Assembly: GCA_965140785.1 (NCBI GenBank)
Contig: OZ223481.1
Coordinates: 160,001 to 224,000, forward strand
Direction: 5' to 3'
DNA length: 64,000 nt
From: an uncultured Ruficoccus sp.
GTDB lineage: Bacteria; Verrucomicrobiota; Verrucomicrobiia; Opitutales; Cerasicoccaceae
Under the pieces are notes generated by a model. The model saw only the letters and a list, made by a program, of their open reading frames with translations. It made no database searches and was not told the origin of the DNA. This document shows, piece after piece, positions 59,795 through 64,000 of the stretch. Both the position numbers and the translations under genes were made by a program. The number at the start of each line of letters is the position of its first letter. Within the stretch, counting starts at the first letter, position 1.

Positions 59795-60091
59795 TCAATC
59801 GCCCGATTCGTCCGTGGCAGGCCGCTCCGCCGCCGGCACGGCGACCACGTCCACCTGGGAAAAATCCGGCGGCTCGCGCAGGTGATCAAAGGCTTGCCCG
59901 GCCTCCTCGCGGCTCATCCCGGCGAAGGTCGTGCTCTCGGACCTTTTGATCGTCTCAGGCGGAGCCGGGGAGACTGCTTTGGGCTCTTTCGGAGCGCAGC
60001 CAGCGAGCGCAAGGACGGCTAAAGCCGCCGCGCAGACCGCCAAGCACCTGCTTCGATCCGGCCACTGGCTTTTTCCCGGGGTTTTATTCAT
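59795..60091 (-). CDS. Putative lipoprotein
   Basis: Hydrophobic stretch ending in a LAGC lipobox; overlaps the cupin stop. Confidence 0.6.
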   Translation of the reverse strand: MNKTPGKSQWPDRSRCLAVCAAALAVLALAGCAPKEPKAVSPAPPETIKRSESTTFAGMSREEAGQAFDHLREPPDFSQVDVVAVPAAERPATDESGD

Positions 60092-60452
60092 CGAGAAAGA
60101 CCATGTCGGACAATTCCCAGGCCGGGGCACAGGCCAGCAGCAGGACGAGGGGTTCGTCGCCCAGCGCCCAGATCTGGTGATGCTGGCCGGGACGAATCAA
60201 CACGGCATCCTCCGACTTCAGCAGGCAAGTTTCCCCGTCGATTTCCAACCGGGCTTCACCCTGCAGGATATAGTAGCTCTCTTCAGCGATGGGGTGGTAA
60301 TGGGGGCGCGAGTTCGATCCGGCGGGGAACTCAATCCGCACCAGGCTGTGAATGTTTGTGCCTGAGGCCTTCCGGCCAATCAACTCGTAGATAACCTGCC
60401 CGTTCTCGACCATGATCGGTTCACAGATGCGTTTTCTGGATATCCGGTGCAT
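60084..60452 (-). CDS. Cupin domain protein
   Basis: PHYH...EE.YYIL.G, I.PG.HHQI. Confidence 0.88.
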   Translation of the reverse strand: MHRISRKRICEPIMVENGQVIYELIGRKASGTNIHSLVRIEFPAGSNSRPHYHPIAEESYYILQGEARLEIDGETCLLKSEDAVLIRPGQHHQIWALGDEPLVLLLACAPAWELSDMVFLDE

Positions 60453-60547
60453 ATCACAGGCACTTATTCCATACGCAGCTAAAAGGCAACTCGAAATCGG
60501 GTCAGCTGCTTTGAGTCGTTGCGTTAACAGGCCCTACTAACGATAGA

Positions 60548-61441
60548 TCAATAAGCCATCGTCATGCCGAGATAATTGAGCAGCCAAACCTCTTTCCAGA
60601 GGCGATAGCGGCCCTCCTTGGTCAGGTGGCCGTACTCATCCTGCAAATCGGTCGGCATGAGGAATCCCAGCTTGCGGTTGAGGCTTTCGAGGTGCCGTTG
60701 CTCGCGGTTGAGTTCGTTGACCGGCTCTTCGTCCGCGTCCCAGGATTGGACTTTGACCCCGGCCAGGCCCAACTCATGCAGGCGACGCCGGTGGAAGCGG
60801 ATCAGTTGCGGCAGACAACGGATAAGTGGCTTGCGGCGAATGTCCCAGTTATCGGGGTAGTAGCCGCCGAAGGGTAGAAAAACATTGTCCGTCACGATGC
60901 GACGACCGTCGCTCGTATGGGTCGAAAGGATGTAGGCGACGTTGACCGCGCCCGCACGCTGCGGAAAAAACAGAATCTGGCAGCGGATTTCGCCGTTGCC
61001 CTCTTGGTAAATGGTCGAGCGAATCGAGAGGCTATAGTCGAATTCTGCCTTGATCGCCTGGAGCTTTTTAAAGCCCTGGCTGCGGAGCCAGTCGCGCATG
61101 GCGATGAACTTGCGCTGGGCGGGCCACTCGTCGCCGTCACGGTTAGGGCCGAACTTGGGAAAAAGCGGGATCGGGCTCTTGCTGATGGCGGCGATAACCA
61201 GCCAGTTGTACATCGTTTCCAGCAGAAACCATGCGATGAATGCCACCAGCGCGATCATCCAGAAAGGCCGTTGGCTCCAGCCGAACTCATGGGAAAACAC
61301 CGCCAGCCCGACGGCAAAGAGCACCCAGCGTAGCCAGCGGTTGAAAATCCCGATCATCGGGACGCGCCAACTCAGGTTGCCGAAGCTGATCAACAGAGAC
61401 ACCAGCAACAGCCCGGTCACAATCTGAACGGCAAGGGACAT
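60548..61441 (-). CDS. Hypothetical membrane protein
   Basis: 297 aa, three N-terminal TMs, soluble C-terminal domain; downstream of dnaN. Confidence 0.75.
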   Translation of the reverse strand: MSLAVQIVTGLLLVSLLISFGNLSWRVPMIGIFNRWLRWVLFAVGLAVFSHEFGWSQRPFWMIALVAFIAWFLLETMYNWLVIAAISKSPIPLFPKFGPNRDGDEWPAQRKFIAMRDWLRSQGFKKLQAIKAEFDYSLSIRSTIYQEGNGEIRCQILFFPQRAGAVNVAYILSTHTSDGRRIVTDNVFLPFGGYYPDNWDIRRKPLIRCLPQLIRFHRRRLHELGLAGVKVQSWDADEEPVNELNREQRHLESLNRKLGFLMPTDLQDEYGHLTKEGRYRLWKEVWLLNYLGMTMAY

Positions 61442-61499
61442 GATACTATGAGTCAGGAGCGCCCGGAGGTTTGTTCCACCGGCGGCTGGCCGCGAGGAA

Positions 61500-62636
61500 T
61501 CAACTCAGCCGCAGGGGCATGATCACGCAGAGGAAATCGTCCAGCGTCTTGAAGACACCGGGGCTGAGCTCGTCCTTGAACTCAAAATAGATCTCGTCGG
61601 CATTCAAAGCCTTGAGCGGATCGAGCAGAAAGTGCGGATTGAAAGCGACTTGCACTTCCTTTTCCTCGTAGGCGATGGCCATGCGCTCGCGCGATTCGCC
61701 GACCTCGGGGGAGGAGCCGCTGATTTCGAGCAGATTGTTGCCCAGCTTCAGCTTGACCGAGTTGTTCTTGTCGCTGGTGACGAGCGCGGCGCGCTGCACA
61801 CACTCGGCCATCAGCTCGCGCTCGATCTTAATGCGGCTTTCGGTCTCCTTCGGGATGACCTGACGATAGTTCGGGTAATTGCCCTCGACGATCTTGGAAA
61901 CGAGGTAGATCGAGTCCACCAATCCAGAGTCCTCGGAGTCGGTGGCGATGCGGATCTCGAAGGCGACCTGCCGGTCGGTAAAGGTGATCTTCAGCTCCTG
62001 CCCCTGGCCGAGCAGGCGCTCCAGCTCGGTCACGGTCTTGGCCGGGAGGATGAAGTTGCCGGCGTTTTCCTGGGTCACTTCCAGCTCCTTGCCGGTGAGG
62101 GCCAGGCGACGGCCGTCGGTGGCCACCAGGGTCAGCTTTTCGTCCCCGAAGACGAAGTACACACCGTTGAGGATGTAGCGGTTTTCGTCCGAGCTCATGG
62201 CGTACGAGACGCTCTTGAGCATGGAGAGAATGTCCGGCTGCTGGAGGTTAAAAACGTGCTGGTCGGCGAAAGAGGGCAGGGGCGGGAACTCCTCCTGGGC
62301 GATGCCCATGATGCGGAATTCCGAGCCGCCGGAGGAGCAGGTGATCTTGGCCTGGTTGCCGGAGGAGGCGTCAAGCTCCACCCCGGTGTCGGGCAGGGCC
62401 CGCACGATGGTGGCGAGCTTGCGCACGGGCAGTGTGATGCCGCCGGGCTGCTCGATCTCGGCCTTGATCTTGCATCGGATGCCCAGATCGAGGTTCGTGG
62501 TGGTGAGCGAGAGCGTGTCGCCCTCGGCCTGGATGAGCACATTGCTCAGAATCGGCATCGTCGCACGGGTGCCAACTACGTTGAGCACCTGCTGCAATCC
62601 GTTCACGAAGTGGTCCCGGTGAATCTTAAACTTCAT
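61500..62636 (-). CDS. dnaN: DNA polymerase III beta clamp
   Basis: [42 protein letters not shown]. Confidence 0.98.
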   Translation of the reverse strand: MKFKIHRDHFVNGLQQVLNVVGTRATMPILSNVLIQAEGDTLSLTTTNLDLGIRCKIKAEIEQPGGITLPVRKLATIVRALPDTGVELDASSGNQAKITCSSGGSEFRIMGIAQEEFPPLPSFADQHVFNLQQPDILSMLKSVSYAMSSDENRYILNGVYFVFGDEKLTLVATDGRRLALTGKELEVTQENAGNFILPAKTVTELERLLGQGQELKITFTDRQVAFEIRIATDSEDSGLVDSIYLVSKIVEGNYPNYRQVIPKETESRIKIERELMAECVQRAALVTSDKNNSVKLKLGNNLLEISGSSPEVGESRERMAIAYEEKEVQVAFNPHFLLDPLKALNADEIYFEFKDELSPGVFKTLDDFLCVIMPLRLS

Positions 62637-62677
62637 GTGACAGCGAGAGTGTGGAGTTTTGGTTTTGCTGACAACCC

Positions 62678-62870
62678 TTGAATATTAATGTATTAGATAT
62701 TTAAAAAGGGTATTACTCTTAATAAGGGCTGTCGGTGAGTGGAATAACAGGGTAAAGCCCATGCTATCCAGTCGCTTACCGAATAATTTGGCGGTGGATA
62801 ACTCCGGGCGCAAGCCTCAATAACCCGGAATAAGTCACCCCGTTTATTTACCGACACAGTTATTCCCAGC
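62678..62870 (-). other. Probable chromosomal replication origin (oriC)
   Basis: Cluster of DnaA-box-like 9-mers, then on the minus strand TTATTCCAC-TCACCGACA-GCCC-trios-AT-rich tract, immediately upstream of dnaN. Confidence 0.7.
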
Positions 62871-63004
62871 TTACTGGGGGGCTTTTCGGGGGTTTGTTCG
62901 TGGACCGTTTTCCAGTCGGCAGGAGCACTTATAGCAGCCCGGTTTGGCTCGCCATCGGCTTATCTCTCCGCATGATATGAAACCCCCATCTACTGTTTGA
63001 TGCC

Positions 63005-64000
63005 ATGATAAAATCTCCCCCTCGCAAATGGTGGGTCTGGCTCTTGCTTGTCCTGGCCGGATTCTTTCTCCTCAGCCTTGTCCTCGTCGGCTGGCAACAG
63101 ATCCGTATCGCCCGCGCCCAGGAGCGTGTCGAAGCCGCCCGGGAAGCCCTCCGAGCCGCCGGCGCCCCCATGACTTTCAAGGAGCTGGCCGTCGGCCCAC
63201 CTCTTGCCGACGAAGACAACGCTGCATTAGTGCTGGCCGAGATCGAAGCCAAACTGGACGGTACGCCGCTTGATGAGGCTATCGATGCGGTGCAAGAGTG
63301 GGGTTATAATGACTACGAGCATCCCGGCTGGGATGCCAGCTGGGACAAACTCTCGCGTGATGGCCGCCAGCAATTGACCGACCTGCTGGCCCGCGAAGAT
63401 ACGCAGGAGGTACTGAAATTGGCGCGAAAGACGGCGGATATGCCTGGATTGGCGAGCCGGATTGAGTTTACGGGTAGTTCCGCCGATTTTTTACAAAATG
63501 TCGGTTATTTGCAGCGGCTTACCCGTTTGCTGGTTGTGGAAGCAAACCGATGCGCTTGGCTGGCAGCCCAGGCTAGCGATGAAGCCAGTCGGGACCGCTT
63601 GGTTTTTGATGGCTATGATAATCTGTTGATTGGCCTAAAATTGTCCCGCCTCGTCAGTGACGATCAGACTTTCGTCAATGCGATTATAGTCCTCACAGGT
63701 ATCGCCATGGAGGGAATCGTGCTCGAGCATTTACAGCAGATCAATCAAACACTGCCTTTGCCGAGCACATTGTGCGAAGCCTTTCAGCGGGAATTATGGC
63801 TACGAGATATGTCCGGACAGTGGCGGCGGATGATGGATGGGGAACGGGTTTTTACGAGCTATTGGGTAGAGAAATACGATATGTTGTCTGCACAGAGTAT
63901 TGGTGGATTAGACTTTGCGGTAAATGTTGAAGTTTTTGGTCCGGACACCGACGATTATAACACTATTCTTTTTAGGGCTGCATACTACATAGGGCTTCCA
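63005..64000 (+). CDS. Hypothetical membrane-anchored helical protein (3' truncated; absent from the ORF track)
   Basis: MIKSPPRKWWVWLLLVLAG...; open for 332 codons to the window end; LRAAGAPMT..EL, DEDNAA, DGER. Confidence 0.8.
   Translation, partial: MIKSPPRKWWVWLLLVLAGFFLLSLVLVGWQQIRIARAQERVEAAREALRAAGAPMTFKELAVGPPLADEDNAALVLAEIEAKLDGTPLDEAIDAVQEWGYNDYEHPGWDASWDKLSRDGRQQLTDLLAREDTQEVLKLARKTADMPGLASRIEFTGSSADFLQNVGYLQRLTRLLVVEANRCAWLAAQASDEASRDRLVFDGYDNLLIGLKLSRLVSDDQTFVNAIIVLTGIAMEGIVLEHLQQINQTLPLPSTLCEAFQRELWLRDMSGQWRRMMDGERVFTSYWVEKYDMLSAQSIGGLDFAVNVEVFGPDTDDYNTILFRAAYYIGLP

Noticed and set aside
62900..64000. G/T-rich plus strand after the origin as proof of a skew switch
   Set aside because: Only 1.1 kb and one gene; suggestive but cannot be separated from gene-specific composition

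Overview
A GC-rich bacterial chromosome segment of mostly housekeeping genes. The protein families suggest Verrucomicrobiota (Opitutales/Puniceicoccales-like); this is an inference. The window looks origin-proximal. It holds recA, mnmE-mnmG with three parS-type palindromes inside coding sequence, phoB-phoR-trmB, a complete F0F1 atp operon, gmk and dnaN. A probable oriC (DnaA boxes, GC clamp, DnaA-trios, AT-rich tract) lies directly upstream of dnaN, with no adjacent dnaA. Other genes include polX, fcl, kdsB, menC/menE, guaB, purA, purB, an AddAB-like pair, two different 6-phosphogluconate dehydrogenases and scpB. No CRISPR array, tRNA, rRNA, prophage or transposase was seen. The most unusual signals are: (1) a 1431-aa secreted chitinase with three CBM2 modules and a second, unassigned GH6-like domain, preceded by a structured leader with a terminator/antiterminator switch; (2) a dispersed modular repeat family with covarying hairpins that abuts or supplies gene stop codons, mostly TAG; (3) two parS sites forming an in-frame insertion in MnmG; (4) an intact phosphofructokinase homologue that has lost its catalytic motifs. 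Indels in menC, purA and addA are most simply explained as consensus errors.
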